DNA of 64,000 nt from Candidatus Zixiibacteriota bacterium (lineage in GTDB: Bacteria > Zixibacteria > MSB-5A5 > UBA10806 > 4484-95). Both the position numbers and the translations under genes were made by a program. Shown here piece after piece: positions 38,501-47,833 of this stretch. Positions within the stretch are counted from its first letter, which is position 1. Every line of letters starts with the position of its first letter. Where the stretch lies: contig JBBIRK010000005.1 of assembly GCA_037441845.1 (NCBI GenBank), forward strand, positions 32,001-96,000, given 5' to 3'. A model generated the notes under the pieces. It was not told the origin of the DNA, made no database searches, and worked only from the letters and a program-made list of their open reading frames with translations.

Positions 38501-38637
38501 GGCGCATACACGATCCCGTTGGGCGGTGGGAGCATGCTGATAATTTGGTCGCCGGTGCTTCCTGACCATGTCGCAAAGGCGCTCGACCATACCATTAACA
38601 CCATCAAAGCACCGGTAAACAACTTAACCTTTCCCAT
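35527..38637 (-). CDS. Secreted multidomain protein: Asp-box beta-propeller, two carboxypeptidase-regulatory-like domains, Ig-like domain, nidogen-like domain, C-terminal dockerin-like module
   Basis: Signal peptide; six Asp-box-like motifs (e.g. SRSTDNGQTW, SRSTDHGATW, YSFDHGLTW); GGPDDYGY...FPFEFYG; paired GDINGDG and GDVNGNC Ca-loops; SD AGGAGG. Confidence 0.8.
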   Translation of the reverse strand: MGKVKLFTGALMVLMVWSSAFATWSGSTGDQIISMLPPPNGIVYAPSLAAGPNGYLYAVWVGRTGTNPYEIFFSRSTDNGQTWSGTAGDVQISAYDNEQVYNAGIFGSRRIDIATDSEGRIFVIWPEKYTQADFDTSYEIMVVISTDNGLTWIHSDLDFPISDTLTSVTVNYPAIAIDHNDNVHVVWNQNHPTTNKADIFYSRSTDHGATWSGRSGDRCIGFPDSSGFQADIAVGADNKIHVIWKERGPDGLYGMYYGASTDGGVTFSSETGDSLITMTYTSNSYGAPRIVAGAAGYVHAVYCIIDTVYYVGTTNGGVSWTNGKIYTGSGYDFYTPEIGIASNGDLIALIDEEYPGFPNTRAIYALYSFDHGLTWTSSPDPVTYNDGGTYDRSYIPTIAVTAGDTLHVAYYTNYPSSSNSYQEMAYSRNDNYLAGFNGTFNGHVYELDGTTPIDSVIVEVRDSLNVLVATDTTTALGLYSFVLNAGTYSAHYSVFTHHDTTISNIVVVNGFTTTVDVLLRPVIQGTISGTVYEQSGTTPQEGVIVRAYDSSLLLRKTDTTDASGNYSVSLYPDTYSLSFTKANFHDTTVGGQVLGEGGAIDLDVNLRWSIAADDIGAISLDYPVDYLIVGDNYQPAVTIRNHGYLQQTTDLNLTIFNPSDVVVYNETATGLILPLLSNLQQIFTANFSPSVSGNYRFRMIVGNPGDENPGNDTLEVMVMSYQHQSEGGPDDYGYQFKDELAPGGPTYSWIDISGSGTQISPTLHYFMTGFPLPFPFEFYGLTHDSVYVNSHGQIHLGTRDTWLLSNDCPLPDTSTPHAPFAAVFWDYLIVQYENGQGVWYQYFDEPSNDYLVIQWKVSRDEQRSDSLEFEVILYEDNTMLFQYKYPAAGDIGSGSSATIGLEYDQIPSGISYQCNFNNPANRVVAGRAIKWFKAAPSCEYLPGDINGDGNRIGGDVTYGVRYFKGIGSAPPDSCYMDSTGTYLYVAGDVNGNCEFRGSDITRLVAYFKGAASLSYCHFFPPPILRPGESVLPNRSR

Positions 38638-38841
38638 CAAATCCTCCTGTTAACTGTTATTAATCAACTACTTTTATCTCTCGAAGTAAACCTTCTGAAG
38701 CTAAATAACAATAAGGCTATCTTTTTTGCTGCAATTTTCGTTTCGGATATTCAAATATCAACTCTCGACCTTAAAGCAGAAAAAACCACACGTAGAAGAA
38801 CTTATCGACCGCATAAACGAGACGGTCAATATCTATTTGTC

Positions 38842-38869
38842 AATATAATGTCAATCAATGGATTGTCAA
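38842..38869 (-). promoter_or_regulatory. Putative sigma-70 promoter for the 35527-38637 gene
   Basis: TTGACA-16nt-TATATT. Confidence 0.5.
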
Positions 38870-38872
38870 GAC

Positions 38873-38908
38873 AAAACGGCGGCCGATCAACATTTGAACG
38901 GGCCGCCG
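38873..38908 (-). terminator. Intrinsic terminator after the S8 peptidase
   Basis: CGGCGGCC...GGCCGCCG stem followed by TTTTGT on the minus strand. Confidence 0.65.
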
Positions 38909-38934
38909 AACCTTATCTTAGATTTTTTATTTGC

Positions 38935-41520
38935 CTAACGAATCAGAGCCATCTTTCTTAATTCGCTGAAATTCGACGAGCTTAATCGATAAAAGTAAAT
39001 CCCCGACACAACATCGTGACCGGCATCGCCTTTGCCACCCCATCGTATCCGATTCAAGCCTGGGACAACATCGCCATTAAAAACGGTCTTGACCAGGCGA
39101 CCTCCGATATCAAAAATATCAATGCGAGCTTTGCCGTCTGTTGGTGAAACAAACGATATTTCGGTATTGGAATTAAAGGGGTTGGGATAATTAGGCAGGA
39201 GCTTCCATTCCTGGGGCAAATTTCCGTCATCGGCGATTCCGGTTTGCTCATGCCATCCGAGAACGAAGTCATCGAGATAGATTCCATCCCCGACAGTAGA
39301 ATTATCGGTGGTCATCCTGAACCGGCATCGAAGATCGTTCATGCCGAGATACCCGGACAAATCGAAATTCAAGGTAGTGAAGACCGTTGAGGATCCGGTA
39401 ATCGGTTGCCCGATTATCTGCCATTGATTGCCGCCGTCCGAACTGACCTCGAAATAAACGAAGTCCCGGCTCGGCTGAAGTAAATATCTTGCTTTCACGC
39501 GGCAGTAGACTGTATCGGCCCAACCCAGATTAAATCTGAAGTTTCCGGTAAGGTAAGAATTGCAATTATTGCGATAGTCATGTTTCGGGCTGTCTGTGAC
39601 TGAAAGGTTGCCCGAGGCAGTTCGTTCGGCGTTCAGAGACCAGCCGCCGTTGGTGCCGCTCGATTTCCAGTAATAAAGGCCATTTTCGAAAGAATCGTTG
39701 AATTCGGTGATGCCGCTCGGTATGTGGAAATAGTGCTCGGGTGCGCCGAAAGGATAGGTGACGGTAATGCCGTTAATATCGGCCGCTTCTATATAATATT
39801 GCAGGGCACCGGTATCGGGACCGGGAATCGATGCGGAAAAATCGGCCCCGTTGCCGGTTGTCATGGCCACTGAATGAAAACTCGGATCTCCGTTTTCCCG
39901 CCAGTAAACGATACATCCGGAGGGGTTGATACCGGCCCCGCCGCTGATACGGGCGCTTATTGTAATCGGAGTTGTCAGAGGAAGACGAATCAGCGGCTCG
40001 TGATCAATTACGATATCACCAGCCGGATGATAATACATGGCTCGAGCGACGTCTAATATCCCCCAGCCGAAATAATTATCAGGATTATCCTTATTGGCCG
40101 CGGTCATCATCAACGCCTCGCGCACCATCATAGGCGTCCAGTTGGGATGCACCGAGAGCAACAGCGCTGCCGCTCCGCCGGCCAACGGAGTGGACAATGA
40201 GGTCCCCGAAGCGCTCCTATATCCGGTCATATTATATGGATCGGCACAAGCAGTGCCGATTCCGCGTGCGCATATTTCGGGCTTGATCCTGCCGTCGTAG
40301 GTGGGACCCTGAGCCGAAAACGAGGCTAGATAGCCCCATTCATCGACTGCCCCCACAGCGATAACCGAATCGCCGTCGGCGGGAGCAATTAGCGATCCGG
40401 CGCCAAGATTGCCGTCATTCCCCATCGCGGTAACCACGGTAATTCCGTTGCGCACCGCTTGGTCGGCTGCGGCGGAGACGATCGTGCTGTCTCCATTCAT
40501 ATCTGAATAAGTATAGTCTTCATCGGGGTACGAAAAATCGAATCGATAGCCGAGCGAGGCGGAAATTACGTCCGCCCCCAACGAATCCGCCCATTGGGCG
40601 CCGGCCGCCCAGTTGTCTTCCTCCACATGCAGTTCACTGTCTATATTTTCGGTTTTGGAAAGGCAGAATTGCGCGGCGTAAGCCGGCCCATAAAGTTGTC
40701 CGGAGGCCAGTCCGCCCAGCGCCGACCAAGTCAATGTGCCGTGATCCGGCTGGTTCGGAGCATCCTGGGTGGAATCGTAATCCGGATAGTTATCGCCGCG
40801 GACGAAATCATACATGTCGATCACCCTGCCTTCGCCAAACGCCGCTTGAAATGCTTGATGGGCTAAACGATATCCGGTATCCATCATGCAAACGAGCACG
40901 TCCTGTCCGGCGAATCCCAATTCATGCGCGGCCACGGCATTGATCTGCTCCAGCTGGGCAAGCGATGCGCCGTAATTCAACGTCGTGGCGGATAGAGGCG
41001 GTTCAACCGCTTGCGCTCCTTTCGGCGCGTCATCTATAGCATAACTGGAAATCGCCACCTTCTTGATGCGGACTACGAAAGGTAATTCCGCGATTCGCCG
41101 TATCTGCTCCGGAGTAGCCGAGACGGTGATTGCGTTAAACCAGCGAAGTGTGTTTTTCAACTCACATCCGGTTGCGAGCACCTGTTGGGCATAAGGTTGA
41201 AATACGGGAAGATCTTTATAATCGATAAGGTTTTCCGCGCCTTTGGCTTTTAGTCGCCTTGCCGCGGCCCTTGGGGTCAGGTTGCTTTTTTCGCTTTCGA
41301 CAGCCTCCCTATAAGCCGAAAGAGTCGAAAATCCTTTGTCGGTGAAATAAACCCACACCTTCATTCGGCTATCGGTACCGGATCCTTGGCATATTCTTTC
41401 CACATCGGCACGAATAGTTTGTTCGGATTTTTCTCTATGAAAATCGGCGGGTAACTCGTCGGCCGCAATGAGAGTTGCGGATAAAAAACAGAGAGTTATG
41501 ATAGGTTTCCAGATGCGCAT
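38935..41520 (-). CDS. Subtilisin-like S8 serine peptidase with T9SS type-A/FlgD-like C-terminal domain
   Basis: Signal peptide, prodomain, triad MDTG / DHGT / GTSLSTP, oxyanion-hole GN; CTD PNYPNPFN...SGIYFYRL...KMALIR. Confidence 0.92.
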   Translation of the reverse strand: MRIWKPIITLCFLSATLIAADELPADFHREKSEQTIRADVERICQGSGTDSRMKVWVYFTDKGFSTLSAYREAVESEKSNLTPRAAARRLKAKGAENLIDYKDLPVFQPYAQQVLATGCELKNTLRWFNAITVSATPEQIRRIAELPFVVRIKKVAISSYAIDDAPKGAQAVEPPLSATTLNYGASLAQLEQINAVAAHELGFAGQDVLVCMMDTGYRLAHQAFQAAFGEGRVIDMYDFVRGDNYPDYDSTQDAPNQPDHGTLTWSALGGLASGQLYGPAYAAQFCLSKTENIDSELHVEEDNWAAGAQWADSLGADVISASLGYRFDFSYPDEDYTYSDMNGDSTIVSAAADQAVRNGITVVTAMGNDGNLGAGSLIAPADGDSVIAVGAVDEWGYLASFSAQGPTYDGRIKPEICARGIGTACADPYNMTGYRSASGTSLSTPLAGGAAALLLSVHPNWTPMMVREALMMTAANKDNPDNYFGWGILDVARAMYYHPAGDIVIDHEPLIRLPLTTPITISARISGGAGINPSGCIVYWRENGDPSFHSVAMTTGNGADFSASIPGPDTGALQYYIEAADINGITVTYPFGAPEHYFHIPSGITEFNDSFENGLYYWKSSGTNGGWSLNAERTASGNLSVTDSPKHDYRNNCNSYLTGNFRFNLGWADTVYCRVKARYLLQPSRDFVYFEVSSDGGNQWQIIGQPITGSSTVFTTLNFDLSGYLGMNDLRCRFRMTTDNSTVGDGIYLDDFVLGWHEQTGIADDGNLPQEWKLLPNYPNPFNSNTEISFVSPTDGKARIDIFDIGGRLVKTVFNGDVVPGLNRIRWGGKGDAGHDVVSGIYFYRLSSSNFSELRKMALIR

Positions 41521-41653
41521 CGGTCCTCCATCGCCTCGGGCAATTCGCTCCGGCTAAATTTACGGTTGTTGTCGGTATTAGCAAGCGAAATATCATCCAA
41601 ACCGACATCCCGTAAAGATTGAACAACGCCGCCGGGCTGCATGTTGCCTGATT

Positions 41654-42121
41654 CTAAGTCGGCAGCACGCCGCCTCGACGAACCTGTTTTTTGGCGGAAT
41701 CCCTGATATCGTAGCGAATTTCGACGCTCGGTTTCATCGGCGGTAAATCGGAAAGTCCGTGGCATGCAGGATTGTCTTTGAGCGGCACCCAACTCAATTT
41801 GAACGGGAATTTCGCCCGATATTGCTGGACCGTTTGGTAATATTGAAGCATGGATTTAGTGACAACAGGATTTTTGGTGATCTGATAGATGACCACCGCG
41901 GCGTCGGAGTGAATTTCGATATCGGTGCCTTTGAATATCTTGTCGTTGTTTTCGATGAATTTAAGGAGGCTTATCAAGGCGGCGAATTGAATATCGTACA
42001 GATTTCCCGACCAGCGGCTTCGGAATATAATTCCGAGATCGGGGACGGCGAAACTAACGATACCATCGCTTTTAATCAGCGGATCGGTTTGGTCAGTTGA
42101 TCCATGAAAATAGCAGCGCAT
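41654..42121 (-). CDS. RNase H-like fold protein with degenerate active site
   Basis: YFHG, QFAAL, IEIHSDAAVVIYQI, WVP...NPA follow the RNase HI pattern; SD AAGGAGG. Confidence 0.65.
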   Translation of the reverse strand: MRCYFHGSTDQTDPLIKSDGIVSFAVPDLGIIFRSRWSGNLYDIQFAALISLLKFIENNDKIFKGTDIEIHSDAAVVIYQITKNPVVTKSMLQYYQTVQQYRAKFPFKLSWVPLKDNPACHGLSDLPPMKPSVEIRYDIRDSAKKQVRRGGVLPT

Positions 42122-42147
42122 TTTGCCTCCTTTCTTATGAACCGTTT

Positions 42148-42164
42148 ATGCAAAGACTATGCCT
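42148..42164 (-). promoter_or_regulatory. Sigma-54 (-24/-12) promoter of the RNase H-like gene
   Basis: AGGCATAGTCTTTGCAT: GG-N10-GC spacing with GGCA and TTGCA. Confidence 0.65.
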
Positions 42165-42473
42165 CTCGGCAACTCGACCGCATTCGCTGAGAATAATTCT
42201 CTGCGCTTATAACCAATTGGAATCTAATGAGATACCAAGTTGCCTGGGAATTAGGCTAAAAGACGTCTCGGATATCGTCGAATTCAGCAAAATCGCTATG
42301 CAGATTCCTGCAAATTAAGGCGGGCGGAGTATATTCCGCTCCAAATTGATTATATCGCCTTTCGGATTACGGCATAAATAAGAAGATTACTTACATTCCC
42401 TTGCCATCGATAGCGGCTAATCTATCGTCCGTGTTTGTGATCAATGTGAATTCGACCAGCCTTCGCCGGCTGT

Positions 42474-43838
42474 TTATAATATATATCTGCTCAGGTCCTC
42501 GTTTTCCACGATATCTTTCAATGTATCGTAAACCAATTTTTTGGTGATCCGAACTTTCTTGTTTTTAACTTCGGGTGCGTTGAACATGAGGTCTTCGAGC
42601 AGTGTAGTCATTACCGTATGCAGACGGCGCGCCCCTATATTTTCGGTTTGCGAGTTGACCATCGCCGCTATCCGAGATATTTCCGCGATACCTGAGGGTT
42701 CGAACTGCACCTCGATTCCTTCAGTGGCCAACAATTCGGTGTATTGCTTGATCAAGGCATTGGCGGGCTCGGTTAGAATTCTGATAAACTCCTTTTCGCC
42801 GAGCGGATCGAGTTCCACTCTTATGGGAAATCTTCCTTGGAGCTCTGGAATCAGATCGGACGGCTTTGAGATGTGGAAAGCACCGGCGCTGATAAAAAGG
42901 ATATGATCCGTTTTTACCATGCCATACTTGGTCATAACGTTGGTTCCTTCGACGATCGGCAGGATATCGCGTTGGACGCCCTCGCGGGAAATATCCGGGC
43001 CTATTTTCGACGGCTCACCGGCTACTTTGTCGATCTCATCGATGAATATGATTCCCAGATTTTCCACGCGGTAGATCGCCTCACCTACCACCAGATCGTA
43101 ATCGATCAATTTGGCGGATTCTTCCTGAGTGAGGATTTTTCGGGCTTCGCTTACGGTGACTTTGCGCCGCCGGGTTTTGCGAGGTATCATACCCCCCAGC
43201 ATTTCTTGGATATTCATCCCGACCTCCTCGATTCCCATGGGCGAAAAAATCTCGACCACGGGGAAACGATCGTCGGGCACGTCGATTTCGATAATCCTTT
43301 CGTCAAGGAGACCGCATTCAAGTTGTTCTTTTATTTTGTTTCTTACCGCCAAACTTCTGGCGGATTGTTCGGCGGTTGAATTGGACTGCTGTTTTTGCTT
43401 TTTTGCGCTGGAGGGCAGAAGGATATCAAGTATTCTTTCGAGCGCCAGAGCCGACGCTTTCTTTTCTACCTGCGCCTGTTTTTCTTTCTTTACCATGGCG
43501 AACGCAAGATCCATCAAATCCCTTACCATGGATTCTACGTCGCGGCCGACATAGCCGACCTCAGTATATTTCGAGGCTTCGACTTTGATAAAAGGTGCGC
43601 CGGTAAGATTGGCCAAGCGGCGGGCGATCTCCGTCTTTCCCACGCCGGTCGGCCCGATCATTATGATATTATTGGGCATTATTTCGTCTTTGAGAGGGCC
43701 GCTGATCTGTTGTCTTCGCCAGCGATTTCTTATGGCCACGGCGACCATCCTCTTCGCCTTATCCTGGCCGATTATATATTTATTGAGTTCCGCGACAATC
43801 TGCCTGGGAGTCAACTCGGCCGATTTGTTGTTGTTCAT
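42474..43838 (-). CDS. hslU: ATP-dependent protease ATPase subunit HslU
   Basis: [35 protein letters not shown]. Start at 43838 or 43859. Confidence 0.97.
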   Translation of the reverse strand: MNNNKSAELTPRQIVAELNKYIIGQDKAKRMVAVAIRNRWRRQQISGPLKDEIMPNNIIMIGPTGVGKTEIARRLANLTGAPFIKVEASKYTEVGYVGRDVESMVRDLMDLAFAMVKKEKQAQVEKKASALALERILDILLPSSAKKQKQQSNSTAEQSARSLAVRNKIKEQLECGLLDERIIEIDVPDDRFPVVEIFSPMGIEEVGMNIQEMLGGMIPRKTRRRKVTVSEARKILTQEESAKLIDYDLVVGEAIYRVENLGIIFIDEIDKVAGEPSKIGPDISREGVQRDILPIVEGTNVMTKYGMVKTDHILFISAGAFHISKPSDLIPELQGRFPIRVELDPLGEKEFIRILTEPANALIKQYTELLATEGIEVQFEPSGIAEISRIAAMVNSQTENIGARRLHTVMTTLLEDLMFNAPEVKNKKVRITKKLVYDTLKDIVENEDLSRYIL

Positions 43839-43858
43839 TCTATTATTCGTAATCCTCA

Positions 43859-44383
43859 TTAAAGTGTTTCCACGGTGATATTGTTGTTGGTGTAGATGCA
43901 AATCGAGGCCGTTATACGCAGGGCTTTCTCGACTATTTCCCGAGGCGGAAGTTTGCTGTTTTGAACCAGCGCCCGTGCGGCGGCCAGGGCGTACGGCCCC
44001 CCCGAGCCAATGGCCAGTATCCCATCCTCGGGTTCGACCACGTCGCCCGTGCCGCTGATTATCAGGCCTTGCTTTTTATTGACCACTGCAAGAAGCGCTT
44101 CCAGTCTTCTCAAATACTTATCCATGCGCCATTCTTTGGCCAGCTCCACGGCCGCCCTCGGCAAATTTCCGGAAAACTCGGTCAGCTTGCCTTCGAATTT
44201 TTCGAATAGGGTCAAAGCATCAGCGGTGGCCCCTGCAAATCCCGCAAGAATGCTGTCTTCGTATAGCCTGCGGATCTTGACGGCATTGGCTTTGAGAATA
44301 GTCTCATCCAGCGTAATCTGTCCATCGGCGCCGAGCGCTGCGCCTTTGGAGTTTATAATTCCGAGAACAGTCGTTCCTCTCAT
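43859..44383 (-). CDS. hslV: ATP-dependent protease peptidase subunit HslV
   Basis: N-terminal TT nucleophile (MRGTTV), [16 protein letters not shown]. Confidence 0.97.
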   Translation of the reverse strand: MRGTTVLGIINSKGAALGADGQITLDETILKANAVKIRRLYEDSILAGFAGATADALTLFEKFEGKLTEFSGNLPRAAVELAKEWRMDKYLRRLEALLAVVNKKQGLIISGTGDVVEPEDGILAIGSGGPYALAAARALVQNSKLPPREIVEKALRITASICIYTNNNITVETL

Positions 44384-45300
44384 TTATCCTCCGAGCGCGG
44401 ATGTGCACGCCGGTAAACCGAAATCAGCCTACCGGTGGTTATGTGGCTGTATTTCTGAGTCGTTTTCAGCGACGAATGACCGAGCATCTGCTGCACCGCG
44501 CGAAGATTCGCCCCGGCGGTCAATAGATGGGTGGCGAACGAATGGCGGAGGCTGTGCGTCGACAGCCCGGTTTTCTCGGAACATTTCGACAAATGCTCTT
44601 TTATTATTCTGGCGGTTCCTCGCGGACTCAAGCGTTCTCCCCTGCAATTGAGAAACAACGCTTCGGTGGGGGATTTGCGCCTTTTCGCGGCCAACCTTTC
44701 TCTTTCCGTCAGATATTCTGACAAGGCCTTTCCGGCATACGTGCCCAAAGGAACTTGTCTGAATTTGCTCCCTTTTCCGATAACACTTATTAAACCATTA
44801 CGCCAATCGATATTTCTCAAATCGAGCGAGGTCAACTCCGCCAGCCGCAATCCGCTGCCATAGAAAAGCTCGAGCATTGCTCGATTACGAAGCCTGACGA
44901 ACGGATCGTCATCTTGTTCCGTCGACTGGATCAGATAGCGGGCTTCCTCCTCTGACAGATACTGCGCCCGATATGGCTGGGTTTTTATCGGTTCGATTTC
45001 GCGGGCGGGATTTGTTTTCATTTTGCCCGAGGAAACCATGAAGTCGAAAAACGATTTAAGGGATTCGAGTTTGCGCGCCAGCGAGCTGGACTTAAGCCCG
45101 CTGCGGCGCAGCATTATCAGAAATCGACGGATCGCCATGTCATCCATTTTCGTCGGCGGATCGGGTTCCTTCTCGAGAAAATCAATAAACGCCGCCACGT
45201 CGCCGGTATAGGCCGTAATGCTGTTCTGAGCCATCCGTCCAGTTGCTTTCAGGTGATGGGCATATCGATCATAATTTTCGCGCCAAGCAATCAGATCCAT
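44380..45300 (-). CDS. xerC: Tyrosine recombinase XerC
   Basis: RNRAMLELFYGSGLR, GKG, HSLRHSFATHLL, LGH, TTQKY; xerC-hslV-hslU synteny. Confidence 0.88.
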   Translation of the reverse strand: MDLIAWRENYDRYAHHLKATGRMAQNSITAYTGDVAAFIDFLEKEPDPPTKMDDMAIRRFLIMLRRSGLKSSSLARKLESLKSFFDFMVSSGKMKTNPAREIEPIKTQPYRAQYLSEEEARYLIQSTEQDDDPFVRLRNRAMLELFYGSGLRLAELTSLDLRNIDWRNGLISVIGKGSKFRQVPLGTYAGKALSEYLTERERLAAKRRKSPTEALFLNCRGERLSPRGTARIIKEHLSKCSEKTGLSTHSLRHSFATHLLTAGANLRAVQQMLGHSSLKTTQKYSHITTGRLISVYRRAHPRSEDK

Positions 45301-45306
45301 GGCTGA

Positions 45307-45335
45307 ACTATATACGTCAAATCAATCCTAAGCAA
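45307..45335 (-). promoter_or_regulatory. Sigma-70 promoter of xerC-hslVU (leaderless geometry)
   Basis: TTGCTT-17nt-TATAGT, then 6 nt to the ATG. Confidence 0.6.
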
Positions 45336-45372
45336 GAAGTAATAATCAATAAGTTTCGCCGAAAGTGCCTTT

Positions 45373-46833
45373 TTATTTGTCGTCCGCCTCGATTTTCCCG
45401 CCGAACAGACTCGCCGGTGAGCGCGGTTTAACCATAAGTTGTTTCTGGCGGCTCACGATCACCTTTCCGGGGATCCCCTTGACCTTGCGCAGATATCGCA
45501 CCTCGGCATAGACCACTGCAGCTTTTCCCGAGGTGCGCGATTTGGAATAATAAGCCGCCAGCGACGCCGCCTTTTCCAGCATCGCCTTGCCGACCATTGA
45601 TTGTTTATTCGGTTTTCGTAAGATAACATGAGAGCCGCCCGCTTGCCAAGCATGAAACCAGAGATCGTGCTTGGCTGCAAATCCGAACGTCAACTCTTCG
45701 TTGTTTTCCGCCGACTTACCGGCATAAATATGCCAGCCGTCTCCCAGATCGAAATGCCGGAATGGGAGCTTTTCCTGGGTTCGGCCGGCCTCTTGTTTCT
45801 GGTGAGCCGACTTATCCCCGATTCCCTCCGTAGTGCGTAATTTTTCGAGAGCGGTACGCAGTTTTTTCAGACGTTCGGTAAGAATGCCTTGCGCGATTTC
45901 CATTTTACGCGCTTTCTCGAAATACCGTCGCGCGTTCGCCTGGGGGGTCAACGCCGGGTCAAGCGATATGTACAGGCAATATTCCGACATGGAATCCGGG
46001 TCACCGATGACCAGTTGCCGATCTCCCTTCTGAATTTTCCTTAGATTGGCCAAGACAAGGCTGCCATACTTCCTGAATTCACCCGCCTTTTCGGACTCGG
46101 CAATTTCGGCTTCAAGCTGTTTAATCTTGCTCTCGACATTAGCGATTTTCTGGTTTTGCCGTTTCGATTTTTCGTCGGAAGTCCGCCCCGATTCCAAGCT
46201 TTCCACGTAAGCAGCCAGAACTTCGAGCAGCCTTTGCGGTGCCCCCGGAGGAGTTATAGGCGGAATCGAAGTCGATTCGGCGAAACCGACAATCCGAGCG
46301 TCGTCGTTTCTTAGTAACCTATAGGTGCGGGGTAGATCATGATCATACACCGGCGGCTGCACGGAATCGACCCTTGCTTGGGACAAGTTCTCTGCGGCGA
46401 CTCCATAAATTTCTCCGGGATTTTTTCCCTTGGCATCGCGGAAAGAAGCAAGAATTTTCAACCCGGAATCGGTGACTATCAGATTTCCCGGGCCGAATAT
46501 TTCAAAAAACAGGATGTATTTCTTTTTCCGCCCGAGTCGATCGTATTTAATCAAATCGATCGCGATAATTCTATCGGATTCGACCTGACTTACCTTATCG
46601 ATCATGCTTTCGAATAAAAACGGCAACCAAGAAGAACCCTGAACTTCACCGGCGGACGCAGTCAAATACGGGGCTCCGCTTCTGATACGGAAAGCGAAAC
46701 AAATCTTTTCCGTTACGAATACCACATCTGCATGGTCGCGCAGGATTTTTTCGATTTTGCCGCCGGCGCACGATTCGTTCAATTCGCGGCTGAGAACGGC
46801 TACGTCGAGTGCGCATAATCTCTGGGGTTTCAC
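45373..46833 (-). CDS. NFACT family protein (RqcH/FbpA-like, DUF814)
   Basis: DRII...EIFGPGNLIV; NARRYFEKARK; GKSAENNEELT...WFHA...GSHV...AAYYS. Start placed at GTG 46833 (uncertain). Confidence 0.85.
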   Translation of the reverse strand: MKPQRLCALDVAVLSRELNESCAGGKIEKILRDHADVVFVTEKICFAFRIRSGAPYLTASAGEVQGSSWLPFLFESMIDKVSQVESDRIIAIDLIKYDRLGRKKKYILFFEIFGPGNLIVTDSGLKILASFRDAKGKNPGEIYGVAAENLSQARVDSVQPPVYDHDLPRTYRLLRNDDARIVGFAESTSIPPITPPGAPQRLLEVLAAYVESLESGRTSDEKSKRQNQKIANVESKIKQLEAEIAESEKAGEFRKYGSLVLANLRKIQKGDRQLVIGDPDSMSEYCLYISLDPALTPQANARRYFEKARKMEIAQGILTERLKKLRTALEKLRTTEGIGDKSAHQKQEAGRTQEKLPFRHFDLGDGWHIYAGKSAENNEELTFGFAAKHDLWFHAWQAGGSHVILRKPNKQSMVGKAMLEKAASLAAYYSKSRTSGKAAVVYAEVRYLRKVKGIPGKVIVSRQKQLMVKPRSPASLFGGKIEADDK

Positions 46834-46876
46834 ATCGAGAAATAGGATGATTTTGGCCGATAGTGTCAAGAATTTA

Positions 46877-46904
46877 TTGACATGGCCGCTTAATTAATTA
46901 ACTT
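46877..46904 (+). promoter_or_regulatory. Putative sigma-70 promoter of yicC-gmk-rpoZ-topA
   Basis: TTGACA-16nt-TAACTT; a back-to-back TTGACA lies on the minus strand at 46864-46869. Confidence 0.5.
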
Positions 46905-46925
46905 AGCAAGCGTTTTGAGGCAAAA

Positions 46926-47804
46926 ATGATTTCAAGCATGACTGGCTTCGGCAGAGCCGAGAAAATCTACGATAACGGTCGGGTGACGGTGGAGATTTCC
47001 AGCGTCAACAACAGATTTCTCGAAATTCAGCTTCGCTTGCCGAAAAATCTTTTTGAGCTCGAACAAAAAATCAAGAAAATCTTGGCGAATAAACTTTCGC
47101 GAGGCAAAATATATCTTTCGGTGACGATCGACAACGAGTTATCCGAAAAGGCCAATTTGGCGTTGGATTGCTCACGAGCGGACATGTTTCACGGCATCCT
47201 CAAAGAGATTCAGAAACGCTACGGACTATCTGGACAGATCACCTTGACCGATTTCGTGAATCTGCCGGATTTGATAACCATGCAAAGCCAACCTATCGAT
47301 CTCGATCGCACTTGGGAGATGATCGAACCGGTAATACGAAAGGCTACCGAAGAAATCTGCGCCATGCGCTCGGCGGAGGGCAAGGCTATCTGCGAAGATT
47401 TACTTTTGCGGTTGGGTGAAATCGAAGAAAAACTGAAAATGATTCGGGAACGATTCGCCGAAAACAAAATGCAATATCTCGAAAAGTTGAAAAAAAGAAT
47501 CAGCGACCTGGCGGCCGAGACACCGTTGGACGAACAAAGATTGGCGGCAGAGGCAGCCATTATCGCCGATCGGCTGGATATCACCGAGGAAGTGGTTCGT
47601 CTGCAAGCCCATATCGACAGTTTCAGGGAAACACTCAATAGAGACGAGGCGATCGGCAAGAGGCTCACTTTCATTCTTCAGGAGATTTATCGCGAGGCCA
47701 ATACGATCGGCGCCAAATCCACCGATTACGGAATCTCAGCGCTGGTTATCGATATAAAGGAAACCACCGAAAAGCTGCGCGAGCAAATTCAAAATATAGA
47801 ATGA
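46926..47804 (+). CDS. yicC: YicC/YloC family endoribonuclease
   Basis: MISSMTGFGRA, SVNNRFLE, DITEEVVRL, GKRLTF...REANTIGAK, REQIQNIE. Confidence 0.93.
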   Translation: MISSMTGFGRAEKIYDNGRVTVEISSVNNRFLEIQLRLPKNLFELEQKIKKILANKLSRGKIYLSVTIDNELSEKANLALDCSRADMFHGILKEIQKRYGLSGQITLTDFVNLPDLITMQSQPIDLDRTWEMIEPVIRKATEEICAMRSAEGKAICEDLLLRLGEIEEKLKMIRERFAENKMQYLEKLKKRISDLAAETPLDEQRLAAEAAIIADRLDITEEVVRLQAHIDSFRETLNRDEAIGKRLTFILQEIYREANTIGAKSTDYGISALVIDIKETTEKLREQIQNIE

Positions 47805-47833
47805 TCCGGCACTCTGTGCAGGATTAATATCCG

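Noticed and set aside
37330..38570. Calling the Asp-box protein a sialidase
   Set aside because: Asp-boxes occur in many propellers, and no FRIP/RIP motif or clear Arg triad was seen
42208..42234. IHF-like site upstream of the sigma-54 promoter
   Set aside because: Only a loose match to WATCAANNNNTTR; too degenerate to call
44380..45300. Tyrosine recombinase as an integrase of a mobile element
   Set aside because: Length and xerC-hslVU synteny indicate housekeeping XerC; no att repeats or cargo seen
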